Shown: positions 1-11,038 of the stretch, piece after piece
Numbering within the stretch: position 1 is the first letter of the stretch
Layout of the letters: every line of letters begins with the position of its first letter
Source: Ptychomitrium polyphyllum
Lineage: Eukaryota
Length of the DNA: 64,000 bases
NCBI GenBank assembly: GCA_973851085.1
Contig: OZ316775.1
Span: 20,336,001 to 20,400,000 of the forward strand
Reading direction: 5' to 3'
Notes under the pieces: generated by a model
The model's input: the letters and a program-made list of their open reading frames with translations, nothing else
Databases searched by the model: none
Told to the model about the DNA's origin: nothing
Position numbers and translations under genes: made by a program

Positions 1-1585
1 GAACAAGTTCAAGATCGTTAAAAATCTTATGTAGATTGTCATTGGAAGGACCATCCAAAGTTCAAGGTTGGGGATAGCGTATGGTTTCTAGGACAATATA
101 TAAAAACAAAAAGACCGTTGAAGAAGTTGGACTATTAAAGGTTGGGACAATTTGAAATCAGCAAATGGATAAATGTGGTCAGTTATTGCTTTAAACTACC
201 ACCAATCATGTATATTCATCTTGTGATCCTCGTATTGTTGTTGGAAACCTACAATAAGTCATGTATATTAGAGAGGGTTGTCGATCCGCTTTTTCCGGTG
301 GGAATCGATAATGAAATAGGTTATGAAGTTGAAGAGATCTTAGATTTACGCATCAAGAACGGATGTGTGGAGTACCTTATACATTGGCGAGGATATGGCA
401 TCAATGATTGAACATGGAAACCTTTGATGAACATAATAAATGAATCTGAAAAGGTATGCAATTTTCATCAAAGATATTCCTAGAAACCAAGTTAGTAATG
501 AACTAGTATCAATAGCCATTAGCGTCACAAAGAAGATTTTTCCTTAGACAAGTATAAGAAGAAGGGAAAGATATCTAAACCTTCATTTATATGCAACATT
601 ATTTCTAAGATAGATCATCTATAGATCCTAGTTAGTATGTCAAGTCTTTGTGCTATTATGAATATGCGTGAAGAGTAGTCGTCTGTTTCTTCTTCAACAG
701 CAATTGTAAGCATAAATTAGCCCTCGCTATACAAAAAGCCAATTTAGTTCATACAGTTCTAATGAGGCTATGGTTATCTAAATTGCATTGTAGTCTAAGG
801 TAAGATTTGTTTAAATTATAATCAAATTCATAACTATTCAAGTCTTCTCATATATTAGTGAACATCTAACTAGAAGTGTAGTAAAATAGCTAGTCCTAAA
901 TTACTACTTATTTACTACAATTCTAATGACTTAATATGCTAGAAGGCTTTAATGAGTTGGTTGGCCCTGATTTAAGAAGGTATTTTTCCTTATTTAGTGA
1001 TCCAAACCACTAGCCACCAAACTATTACTTTAATCAACCTCACAACATTTTCTGCTTAAGGCAGCAAGACCCCTTACATCCAATCGGATGCCACGGGTGC
1101 TTTACAACTTCAATTCTTATAATTTTGGTGTTTATAAAATTGCAATTATTAAATATAACTTCTTCCAAAATTTCAAAACCTCATTTCTAAAGGCAAGAGA
1201 GAAAAAAACCAAAATTTGAGGGCAAGTTTCAACTCTAAGTAGGCACAATGAAATTGCTAGCTGTAAACCTTGTCGCACCGAATTGGCCGTCACCTACGCT
1301 TTATAGCTCCAAATCTTGTGATCTTAATGTGTATAAAGTCTTCACAACTTGATCTACCCACTCCAACAGTTCTCGCTTTGTTTGAAATTGTATGTGCAAT
1401 GATCTGCTCTTCCAAAGTCAAGAATCTTGACGGCAGCTAACCTCCTTCTATTAAATACGCCGCCACCGCCTCATCACTTATTGGAATTGGGCGGCCCTTA
1501 GCTTGTTAAAATCCATACTTCTTCTAGCTCATTTTTACAAAAACCTACTATCATAACTACTATTGTTAATTTACAATCTTTTTTC

Positions 1586-1990
1586 TATTGAAGTCATTAG
1601 AAGTAGAGAAGAAGATTGCACAAGCATAGAACCACACAAAGTAGTACCAACAATGCTTGGAGTGAGATATTGCCTTCTCTTGAAGGCCTTTACTTATACT
1701 ATCACGTAGTGACGTCTCAAGCACCTTTTAAGGTCCTTCTCAAGTATCTTGCAAGTAGCTTTCCAAAGCCACTTGCAAGTTTCTTTATGCCGATTCATAC
1801 ACCCACTTGTCCTTGCCTTCCCATGCAAGACATGTGGGTTGGTCCTACCACATTGACCGTGTACCATATATATACCTCTTAAGTGGCTTTCACCTCTCTC
1901 CCTTTTCTCCCAATTTTCTCTCCTTCTATATCTACCACAATACAATACCATTTACACCATCGTAAATACTAGCAACTCTAATCTCCAACT
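1586..1990 (-). repeat. Copia 3' LTR (405 bp)
   Basis: Direct repeat of 6718-7125, with about 9 substitutions and one 3 bp indel counted by eye. Confidence 0.95.
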
Positions 1991-2049
1991 TTCCCACTTT
2001 GCGAGTAGTTACCTTCTCGCAATCCCATTTCTTTTGCCAACCGTTGATG

Positions 2050-5000
2050 TCAATCCTTTGCGAGTGCCTTTGTCAATACGTCAGCAACCATGTCTTCCGT
2101 CGGGCAATACTTCAAGCTTATCTCGTCGTTTTTTAACTTCTTGCGAATGAAGTGGTGTTGCACATTGATGTACTTCGTGTGTGAGTGGTGTGTGGGGTTC
2201 TTTGCAAGTGCGATGCATCCTTGGTTGTTGCACATGATAGTTGTGGCATCTTCTTGCACACACTCCACATTTTTTAAAAGCTTTCGAAGCCAAATGGCCT
2301 CCTTGGTGCTTTGGCTAGTGGCCATATACTTCGCCTCTGTTGTAGACAACGCAATTGTAGGTTGCCTCCTACAATTCCACGAGATTGCACCAATTCCAAC
2401 AAAAAACATGTATCCGATTGTTGAACGATGCTTGTTTGCATCTCCAACCCAATCCGCATCGTGATACCCCTTCAAAGCAAGATCCTTACTACCAAGGCAC
2501 AAATTGTAGTCCATGGTATTTTGCAAGTACCGCATGATGCGCTTCACCGCACTCCAATGCGCCGGACCGGCCCTAGACATGAATTGGCTCACCATGCTCA
2601 CCGCAAACGCATGACCAGCTTGTGTAACCACCATGGTATACATCAATGAGCCAACACCAGACTTATATGGCACGCCTTCTATTTCACCTTTGATGGCCTC
2701 AAACTCCTCCACCGAAAGCTTCAACAACTTGACATTCACATTAAGCGGCGTACCAATGGGCTTGCACTCTTCCATGTTGAAGCGCTTGAGTACCTCCTTG
2801 ATGTACTTCTTTTGGCTCATGGTGATGGTTCGTGCCTTGCAATCCCTCTCAAATTCCACTCCCAAGCAATACATCAACTCCCCAAGATCATTCATCATAA
2901 ACTCCGCATTGAGTTTGGCCTTGAGCCATGCCAACTTTGCCAAAAGGCTTGCCAAGATGATCAAGTCGTCCACATAGATGAGTGCTATCAACAAGTACTC
3001 ACCCGTTTGCTTGATGTACAAGGAATGATCCGCTTTGCTCCTTGTGAAGCCCTCCTTGGTGAAGAAGGAATCAATCCATTGGTACCATGCTCTTGGTGAT
3101 TGCTTGAGTCCGTACAACGACTTCTTGAGTTTGCTTATAAGATGCTCAAAGCCCTTCTCTTCAAATCCTTGCGGTTGACTCATGTAGATGTCCTCCTCCA
3201 ACTTGCCATTCAAGAATGCGGTCTTCACATCTATTTGATGGATCTCCAAATCCAACGCCGCTCCAAGTGCAAGGATGCACCAAATGGTGTTGAACTTGGC
3301 CACGAGAGCAAAGGTCTCAAGGAAGTCGACTCCCGTAACTTGAGAAAATTCTTTGGCCATCAATCGTGCCTTATGGCGTATCACTTCACCCGAAGCGTCT
3401 TTCTTTATGCGAAAGACCCACTTGCACCCAACGCTCTTACGACCCTTTGGAAGCGGAGCCAACTCCCACGTCTCATTTGCCATGAGTGAGTCATACTCCT
3501 CTTGCATGGCCACCTCCCACTTGCTCGCATCTTCCAATTTCATTGCTTTGCCTACATTCAATGAATCGTCGAGAGTGGCCACATTGGCTCGCTCTTCTTC
3601 ATATTGTGGCAAGATGTGGTTCTTCTTCTACTCTCTAGGTAGACGTTGTTCCTTTGTTGGGTATCGAGGTTCTTGTCTGGATTCGACCTCTAGGACTTCA
3701 CTTCATGTAGATGTTGGTGAAGGTGCTATATCTTGTTCGTCGTCCACCGACTCTTCCTCCTTGGTATCATCATCACTCTCGTGTGAGGGAGTTGGTTTGG
3801 AAGATTTGTCCACCAAAACCAACGAAGGCGTCTCACTACTCCCACTTGGACTCATCTCCAAACCATGACCAACGCTAGTGCTATCCTCATCAAACACTAC
3901 ATCACGACTCCTAATGATCTTCCGTGTTTCAACACACATGAGGCGATATGCCTTGGTTCCCTCGCAATATCCAAGAAATAAACACTTGGTTCCTTTAGCA
4001 TCGAGCTTATCCCTCTTTGCATCTGGCACCTTTGCAAATGCAATGCAATCAAACACGCGCATGTATGCAACGCATGGCTTGCGACCATTCCAAGCCTCTT
4101 GTGGTGTAACGGTGACAAGCGCCCTTGTAGGACACCGATTACGAATGTATACCGCATTCGACATTGCTTCCGCCCAAAACAAGAGCTTGAGGCATTGAGC
4201 ATGAATCATGCTTCTAGCCATCTCCATAATGGTATGATTTGCACGCTCTGCCACTCCGTTTTGCTCTGGCGTGTAAGGTGCCGATGGTTGCCTCTCGATG
4301 CCGTGGTTCTTCAAGAAGCGCCGAAAGGCCTTGGATATGAACTCCCCACCATTGTTCGACCAAAACACCTTGATCTTGTGCTCTGATTGTGTCTCCGCAA
4401 GTGCCTTGAACTCCTTAAACTTCTCAAGGCACTCCCCCTTCGTCTTCAACGTGTACAACCACATCCTCCTTGAAAAGTCATCAATGAAGGTCACAAAGTA
4501 CCTTGCACCACCAATGGAGGTGGTCCTCATTGGGCCACACACATCCAAATGCACAATCTCCAAAAGTTTTATAGCACGCGTGCCTCCATCCTTTGGAAAT
4601 GGTGCTCTATGTTGTTTGCCTTGCACACACCCTTCACAAAACGGTATAGATGATTCATCCTTACCAAGGATCATGCCGCTTACCATGCTTGCAAGAAAAC
4701 GCACACTTCTCACATTCAAATGACCAAGTCGGCGATGCCAAAGCTCCATCGCACCACTCGATGTTGACGATTGTGCTATGTTGGCCGCATCCGCCTCATG
4801 CACCTTCGTAAAGGTGATTTGGTACAAGTTGTTTTGACGAGGGACTACCGCAAGTACATCGCCATTTGGTGCCCTCAATGTGCACCCATGCACATTGAAT
4901 TGCACCTTCAACCCATTTGACACAAGCTTGCTCACCTAGAGCAAGTTTGCTTGCAACTTGGGCACGTGGAGGACGTCCTTGATTGTGACTTTTTTTGAAT

Positions 5001-6006
5001 GTCCTCTCACAAGGACTTCCAAAACAATGGAACCTACTCCAATGGCGTCCACAACACTATCATCACTCAAATGCACGTTGCGTGGACTAATTACCTCATA
5101 TGTGTCGAATGTCACCTTATGAGGTGTCATGTGCTTTGTGGCGCCCGAATTCATGATCTACTTGGATGTGAACTTGGAATGAGGACCATCTTGAGTAGCA
5201 AAGGCATAGTCATCATCCTCCTTTGCATGGTTGGCATTCTCCTTGTCCTTTGCTTGGTTTGCGTTGTTGCGCTGTCACTTCTTTGGTTTGGTACAATTTT
5301 GTGCAAGGTGGCCCGGTTTGCTATAATTGTAACACAACCTTGATTCTCCACGTGAAGACGAACTGCCCCCCTTGGTTTGCTTTGAATACAAGGCCGCATC
5401 ATCGCCATGGCTCTCCTTCTCTTTATGCTTGTTCACTTCATGCATCATTCTTGCCGTTACAAACTCCAAGGTGAGGTCCTTCAATCGTAACGTCTCCAAG
5501 GCAATGATTAAGTTCTCAAATGACAGCGGCAAACTCTCAAGCAACGTCATCACTAAATCTTCCTCTCTTACGAGAACCTCAAAGGATGTGAGCTGATCCG
5601 CAAGCTCCCTTACATGGTTGATGTGGTCCATCAAGTCATCACCTTTTTGCATCTTGATGGTGAAGAACTTGCAGCAAACAAAGAGGATGTTGGATAAGCT
5701 CTTTGTTTTGTGGATGTTGCACAATGCCTTCCATGCTTCCGCTGGTCCTTTGAAACTCTTAATGTGCGCAAGTTGGACATTCACCAAACTCAATCCAATG
5801 ATGGACAAGGCCTTCTTCGTGTGGCGATTGTACTCCTTTATCACCTTTGGATCTTCATCACTTGCGGGGGGTTCCTCGGTCTCCTCCAATATATCCCAAA
5901 GGTCCATGGATGACAAGACCATCTCCATGCGGAACTTCCAAAGGCCAAAGTTTTCTCCATTGAACTCGTCAATGCTCCTAGCACTCTCACTCTCAAATGT
6001 GGCCAT
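2050..6006 (-). pseudogene. Copia gag-pol polyprotein, broken by stops and frameshifts
   Basis: gag 5275-6006 (zinc knuckle decayed to CYNYSKPGHLAQNC); protease 4936-5154 (NSGATKHM); integrase 3703-4935 (WHRRLGH, CEGC, HLDVCGP, FIDDFSR, NGVAER); RT/RNase H 2050-3612 (DVKTAFLNG, LYGLKQ, IYVDD, MVADVLTKAL). Confidence 0.95.
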
Positions 6007-6504
6007 GACAACGTTTTAATGGCCAAGATCAACCCCTCCAAGGTTTGATTGTGCACTAAGGCACCTCAATCACTCAACTTGAGCCTTTTCTAGGCTCCAA
6101 CGTGCTTGCAAGCACCTACAATACTCACATCAACCCCTATAAGGCTTTAATGTGCAAGTATTCACTCAAGTTTCTCAAAAAAGTCTCTTCTAAGCTCAAA
6201 TGATCAAAGGTACAACTCAAACACTCAAATCTACTCCTTCTAGACTCAAATGCACACCTTTGCACCTCATTCAATCAAATCAGCCCCTTCTTTGCTCATA
6301 CATGCAAATATGGACTTGAACAACATCAAAGAGCTCCACCTAGACTCTAATGTGGATCTAAGCACATCATTCACTCAAATCAGCACCTTTGAAGAACAAT
6401 TGAACACATCCACTTGGATTGAACACTTACAAGGTCCAAACGCATTGATGAGCTCCACCTCCGCTCTTCCAACTCCTTGTGCCTTCCCAAGCCGTCTCCA
6501 ATTC

Positions 6505-6650
6505 TCCAATGCACCTCCACGGCTCCAAATCAGCCCTTGTGCTCACCAATACTCTAAATGAGTCATTGTGCACCTCCAAAGCTCTAAAATCAGCCCTTGT
6601 GCACCTCCAAAGCTCCAAATCAGCCCTTGTGCACCTCCAACTCTCAAATG
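6505..6650. repeat. 30 bp tandem repeat in the Copia 5' leader (~4-5 copies, with more degenerate copies to ~6250)
   Basis: The unit gcacctccaaagctccaaatcagcccttgt recurs at ~6511, 6571 and 6601, with partial or variant copies in between. Confidence 0.85.
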
Positions 6651-6703
6651 ACTTCCTCCAAACAACTTTGCAACAAAATACTCTACACTCGCAACTCACA
6701 TGA

Positions 6704-6717
6704 GTGGGCCCATAACC
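6704..6717 (-). promoter_or_regulatory. Primer-binding site complementary to the anticodon arm of initiator tRNA-Met (half-tRNA priming)
   Basis: The minus strand reads GGTTATGGGCCCAC directly after the 5' LTR. The plus strand gtgggcccataacc matches the plant tRNAi-Met anticodon arm as recalled. Confidence 0.85.
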
Positions 6718-7125
6718 TATTGAAGTCACTAAAAGTAGAAAAGAAGATTGCACAAGCATAGAACCACACAAAGTAGTACCAACAATGCTTGGAGTGAGAT
6801 ATTGCCTTCTCTTGAAGGCCTTTACTTATACTATCACGTAGTGACGTCTCAAGCACCTTTTAAGGTCCTTCTCAAGTATCTTGCAAGTAGCTTTCCAAAG
6901 CCACTTGCAAGTTTCTTTATGCCAATTCATACACCCACTTGTCCTTGCCTTTCCATGCAAGACATGTGGGTTGGTCCTACCACGTTGACCGTGTACCATA
7001 TATATACCTCTTAAGTGGCTTTCACCTCTCTCCTTTTTCTCCCAATTTTCTCTCCTTCTATATCTACCACAATACAATACCATTTACACCATTGTAAATA
7101 CTACGAGCAACTCTAATCTCCAACA
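6718..7125 (-). repeat. Copia 5' LTR (408 bp)
   Basis: Direct repeat of 1586-1990. Begins TGTTGG on the minus strand and is immediately followed by the PBS. Confidence 0.95.
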
Positions 7126-8300
7126 TTCTCAAATTTTTGACATTCCCCACATTCACCCTCATTCTCCTCTCCTATTTCTCCCTTCGGTCACCTTTTCTCT
7201 CTCTTGGCCACCTTTCTATGTCTTAGCATTATATCTTAACTTTTGAACTCCAGCACTTAATTTTAGACTAAGACGCCTTATCTCAATGACAAAGTAGGCT
7301 CCTAACCAACTTCAATCATTTCTAATTCCTTGCACTAACTTGGATGGTCATACTAACTTAACTTGTGTTCCAACCTACTTACAATTGACTTCAACTAATT
7401 CACCTAAGTTTCCTTTAATTAAATACTAACTTGTTACTAAATTTTTGTAACCTATCACTAACTTGGTTCTAACTATTTGCAGTGTCTTTTTTTTTTTTTT
7501 TTATACTTTGTTTGCACTTGATTATACCAAGGGTTCTTCAGTTATTTTAATTGGAGGAAATTCCTCTAGGACCTCCTTGTTCAACTTGCTAATTCAATCA
7601 TAACTCCTAGTAATTAATCATTCTAAAATACTAATTAAGTCTAACCACTAATTCACTTCTTTGCCATAAATAGTAGCTCCCATGATTTTTGATATTTTTC
7701 ATGGACCCAACTAGCTTAACCACCCTTACGCCTAGTTAGTCACTACAATGATTCTAATTAGTACTATCATAAGTCTATTTCCTAGCAATTAATACTAATA
7801 GTTAACAATTAATGAAAATTGACCAATTGAGCCGATTCTTTGGCTCACAGCAGCACCTATTGAACCAACTCAAGTTTCTCAACTTTTAATATTGGAGGAT
7901 CTAAGCCAAGATATGAGAAAGACATTCCATTGTCAAATACGACCTTGTGCAAAAATATTGGCTAATTGTCCTTTACTTTCCAATCTTAATTCAAATGCTT
8001 GGATTTTAGTCATCTTATTAGAAATTATAAGAGTTATTTTTGGAGGACTGGAGATCTTGTTTAGAGGATGTTTTCAAGGATTTAATCAAGATGAAATCTT
8101 AGGCTGAAACATTTCAACAACAGAAGTCTTGGTTGGTGGTCATCAGCGCTTCTTATAAGGATCAATTGAACCAATGAGCAAAGAACAACAAGCAGAATAT
8201 GTTGCTTTTCATCTTTGACAAATTTTGGAATTTGTACAGATGTAACAAGCAAGCTATAAGAAAAGCTCCTCAAGGGACTTGTTGCTAAAAGGAGAAGTGA

Positions 8301-8901
8301 TGTTACGGACATAAATCATGCAACATAGTCTTTAGAACCTTTTGGAACCTTCTGGTATATTATAGTAGCTTCTTAGAATACCTTCAATGTCTCCATAGCC
8401 GTTTCTACGTCCTTGGAAAGTTTCCTCGAAAAGTTTCACTACCTTAGAAAACTTATTAGGAAAGTTCCATCATCTCAAGAAACTTCCTAGAAAGGCTGTA
8501 TCACCTCAGAATTCTTCCAATGAAGGTTTTATCTCTTTGGATAACTTCCTAAAAAGGTTTCACCACCTTAAAAAGCTTCCACTAAAGGTTCCAACTCTTT
8601 GGAAGCTTCTTAGGAAGGTTCCAGTATTTTGAAAAACTTCTTGGAAAGGTTCCATAGACTTCTAGAATATTCTTAAGCCTTGTAGAAAGCTTCTTTAGAA
8701 GTATCCTAGGAGATATAAGCGTCATAATATAAATAAGAGACAAGACAAGGTATTCCTTAGTCTTGCCAACATAAGTTGTGGATCATTTTGAATCCTCTCT
8801 TGTTCTAGTATTTGTATCAATTCTTGTTAATAATTAGCTCTTTGGAAGCTAATTCTCGGGAAACACTTTGTTTATGCTTCTTGTTTCTTGTGTCCCTAAC
8901 A
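8301..8901 (+). repeat. 3' LTR of chromovirus 1, containing ~32 bp degenerate tandem subrepeats
   Basis: Termini are TGTTAC...CCTAACA. It is homologous to the LTRs at 18006-18480 and 24183-24709 and carries repeated units like ggaaacttcctagaaaggttccaccacctta. Confidence 0.85.
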
Positions 8902-10578
8902 CTTTGTGCTTGGGAATCCATCTGATGTTGCCAAGATCGAATGGCCTAGTAGATAGAAACTCTACAAATCGCTCAATTTGCTTAAGCAACAAAATATTGA
9001 GTTCATATGTAATAAAATCAATGTAGTCCTTTATAGAAGCACTACCAATGTTGTTCGCGGAATTCTCCTATAAGAAGAGTTTTTCCCATTATGCTAGCTA
9101 AAACATAGCACAAAAATAGTCCAAAAAGGAAAGGGAAGAGATTGCTAAGCGCTACTTATAATGTGAGAAAACTTTGACCTTCAATCCTAAACCTTGCTTG
9201 CAACCCTTATAACACAAGAGGTTAAAGCTTTTGCCATTCCATGTCAGAAAGCACATCTCAAACAATTCCAAAAAGAATCCATTGAGGGCTTTAAGTACAA
9301 TGATAAGTGCAACTTGCAAAAAAGAGACAATGCAATAAGAGAATCTTAAACTTCCTCACTTTCCTTGGGACATAGGATGGAGGCTATACACTTGGACCCT
9401 AATTCCAAGATGGAGGTAATACAAGAGGGCATTGCATACCTAAAAATGATAGTAGGATCCACTTGAAAGCTTTGCAGATGGACATGAATATGACATCTAT
9501 GGTCAATGTTTTGGGAAGAGAGGGAGGTGGAGAGGGAAGGGGCACAAGATACTACACAAAGTCTTGGAAAGGTTAAGGTAAACAACAACTAAAGTTATCT
9601 GCTGTACAACGGAGATGAAGGATGGATTAGCTAAGCTCACCATTGTGGCACATCGCGGAAGCTGCCATGGCCGTTGACGCCCCGCTCTATCTCTTGGTAC
9701 AGAGGATTTAACCTTCTACATTTTTTGCTTTGTATTCTAATGGTCTTGAGTATCATTTCTAGAATTTTACAAAGTATATATGCAAAATAACTTGTTTTTT
9801 TTGTATTCACTAAATGTGCATTTACAGCTGACAATTTAGGTGTTGGACTATTTCAATGAATTACGACTGCAATTCAATTTAATCCTTAACCTAGAAGGCT
9901 TGATTATAGTGCATGATTATACCAATAATAATATCATATTAAATGCATGTATCAATTTACAAGGTGCCTGTTACCTTGTGGTTTTGTTCTTTGAACCAGA
10001 ATGACCATCGTATTGAAGGGAAATAACCGCAAACGTTGTTAGCACAGCTGTAGGGCCCTCAAGGTAACATTATCTATAATTAGGACCACAAAGCTCCACA
10101 ATTTGAAGGTCACTAAGGAATTTTTTGCAACACTCTCGAGTTGATACATTCACCTTGATATGCACTCAGAAACCTAGGGTTAACAAGAAATAGAAAAACT
10201 ATTCATGAACACTGTAAACAAGAGAAAGTGTAGAGAAATTGGAAGTTGAAGCTTTGTAGCTCACAAATGTGAAAGTTGTGATTACGTACTAAATGCCTTA
10301 AGAACAAGTGTATCAAACCCCATTGCAAGCCGAAGTACTGCAAAGCTTGTGTAGAGCGTCATTAGGAACTTAGGTGCTATAATACCTGCCAAATTGCTTG
10401 CCAGGTTCATGGCAAAATGAAGATGGTTACTATTGCCAAATTGTTATCATTTGACAGAGAAATATAAGTGCGGGACGTTCAAATTTGAGTGTTAACTGTT
10501 CATTAAATTACTCAAGAGATTCAAAGTAAGTGATATTTCAAGTTTTGAAGAACAATGCTAAGAAATTCAAGGAAACGG

Positions 10579-10656
10579 TTGTTTATAATGATTAAGGAAG
10601 TAGCAATTGCCACCAAGTTGTTTATAATGATTAAGGAAGTAGCAATTGCCACCAAG
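10579..10656. repeat. Perfect 39 bp tandem duplication
   Basis: ttgtttataatgattaaggaagtagcaattgccaccaag occurs twice in succession. Confidence 0.95.
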
Positions 10657-11038
10657 ATTGTCTTTAGAACAAATTGAACACAACAGCTTATTCTTATTTG
10701 TATCACTTGGTGTCTTGATTTTTAGTACTTCACTGAAGCATAGCGGATTGAGAAGATATGTCAGTTTAAGAAAGCAACAATACCTAGACATGTTTACATT
10801 TCTATAACAAAATTCTGTACATTAGCATCAACTATGTGATGTTAAAATGTATGAGCAAAATTTAGGAAAACACAATCCGAGTCACATAGGAGTAGAGTCT
10901 TGTCCAAAATGGGATCCATAGTGAGGATAGCCTTTGATCGAAATGAAAAAATCCAAGTCTTGCAATAACGGTTTGCCGTGTGCATGAACAAGAATGCCAA
11001 AGAATCAAATAAATTATAGTGTTAAGTCTTGGAAGTAA

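Larger units (their letters stand above)
1586..7125 (-). mobile_element. Full-length but disrupted Ty1/Copia LTR retrotransposon (Bryco/Osser-type PBS)
   Basis: Paired LTRs at 1586-1990 and 6718-7125 and flanks TTTTC/TTCTC (TSD). Domain order on the minus strand is gag-PR-INT-RT-RH. PBS at 6704-6717; purine tract next to the 3' LTR at ~1991-2000. Confidence 0.97.
705..7849. mobile_element. Probable solo LTR (~1.6 kb: 705-1585 plus 7126-7849) inserted in chromovirus 1 and itself split by a Copia element
   Basis: Starts TGTAAGC and ends GCTCACA (imperfect terminal inverted repeat). Flanks GCAAT/GCAGC look like a degenerate 5 bp TSD. Removing it restores colinearity with the copy at ~23730-23750. 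No coding domains were seen. Confidence 0.65.
1..8901 (+). mobile_element. 3' part of a degenerate Ty3/Gypsy chromovirus (integrase end, chromodomain, 3' region, PPT, 3' LTR), interrupted at 705-7849 by nested insertions
   Basis: ORF 142-411 has the chromodomain motif YEVEEILD..IKNGCVEYLIHWRGY. Segments 1-704 and 7850-8300 are colinear with 23050-23740 and 23740-24180 of the uninterrupted copy. PPT aaaaggagaagtga at 8287-8300 is followed by an LTR. Confidence 0.9.

Noticed and set aside
2090..6019. Many plus-strand ORFs of 70-170 aa
   Set aside because: Antisense shadows of the Copia gag-pol frame.
1616..7083. Duplicated 85-88 aa ORFs at 1616/6748 (+) and 1694/6826 (-)
   Set aside because: They lie wholly inside the two Copia LTRs, so their duplication just reflects the LTR repeat.
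8400..8700. Regularly spaced ~32 bp repeats (also at 24290-24460 and 58100-58230) resembling a CRISPR array
   Set aside because: They are degenerate tandem subrepeats inside LTR U3 regions, with no unique spacers and no cas genes, in a eukaryotic context.
8990..9720. Coding-like sequence after the chromovirus LTR
   Set aside because: Stops in all frames I tried and no recognisable motif, so it cannot be assigned.
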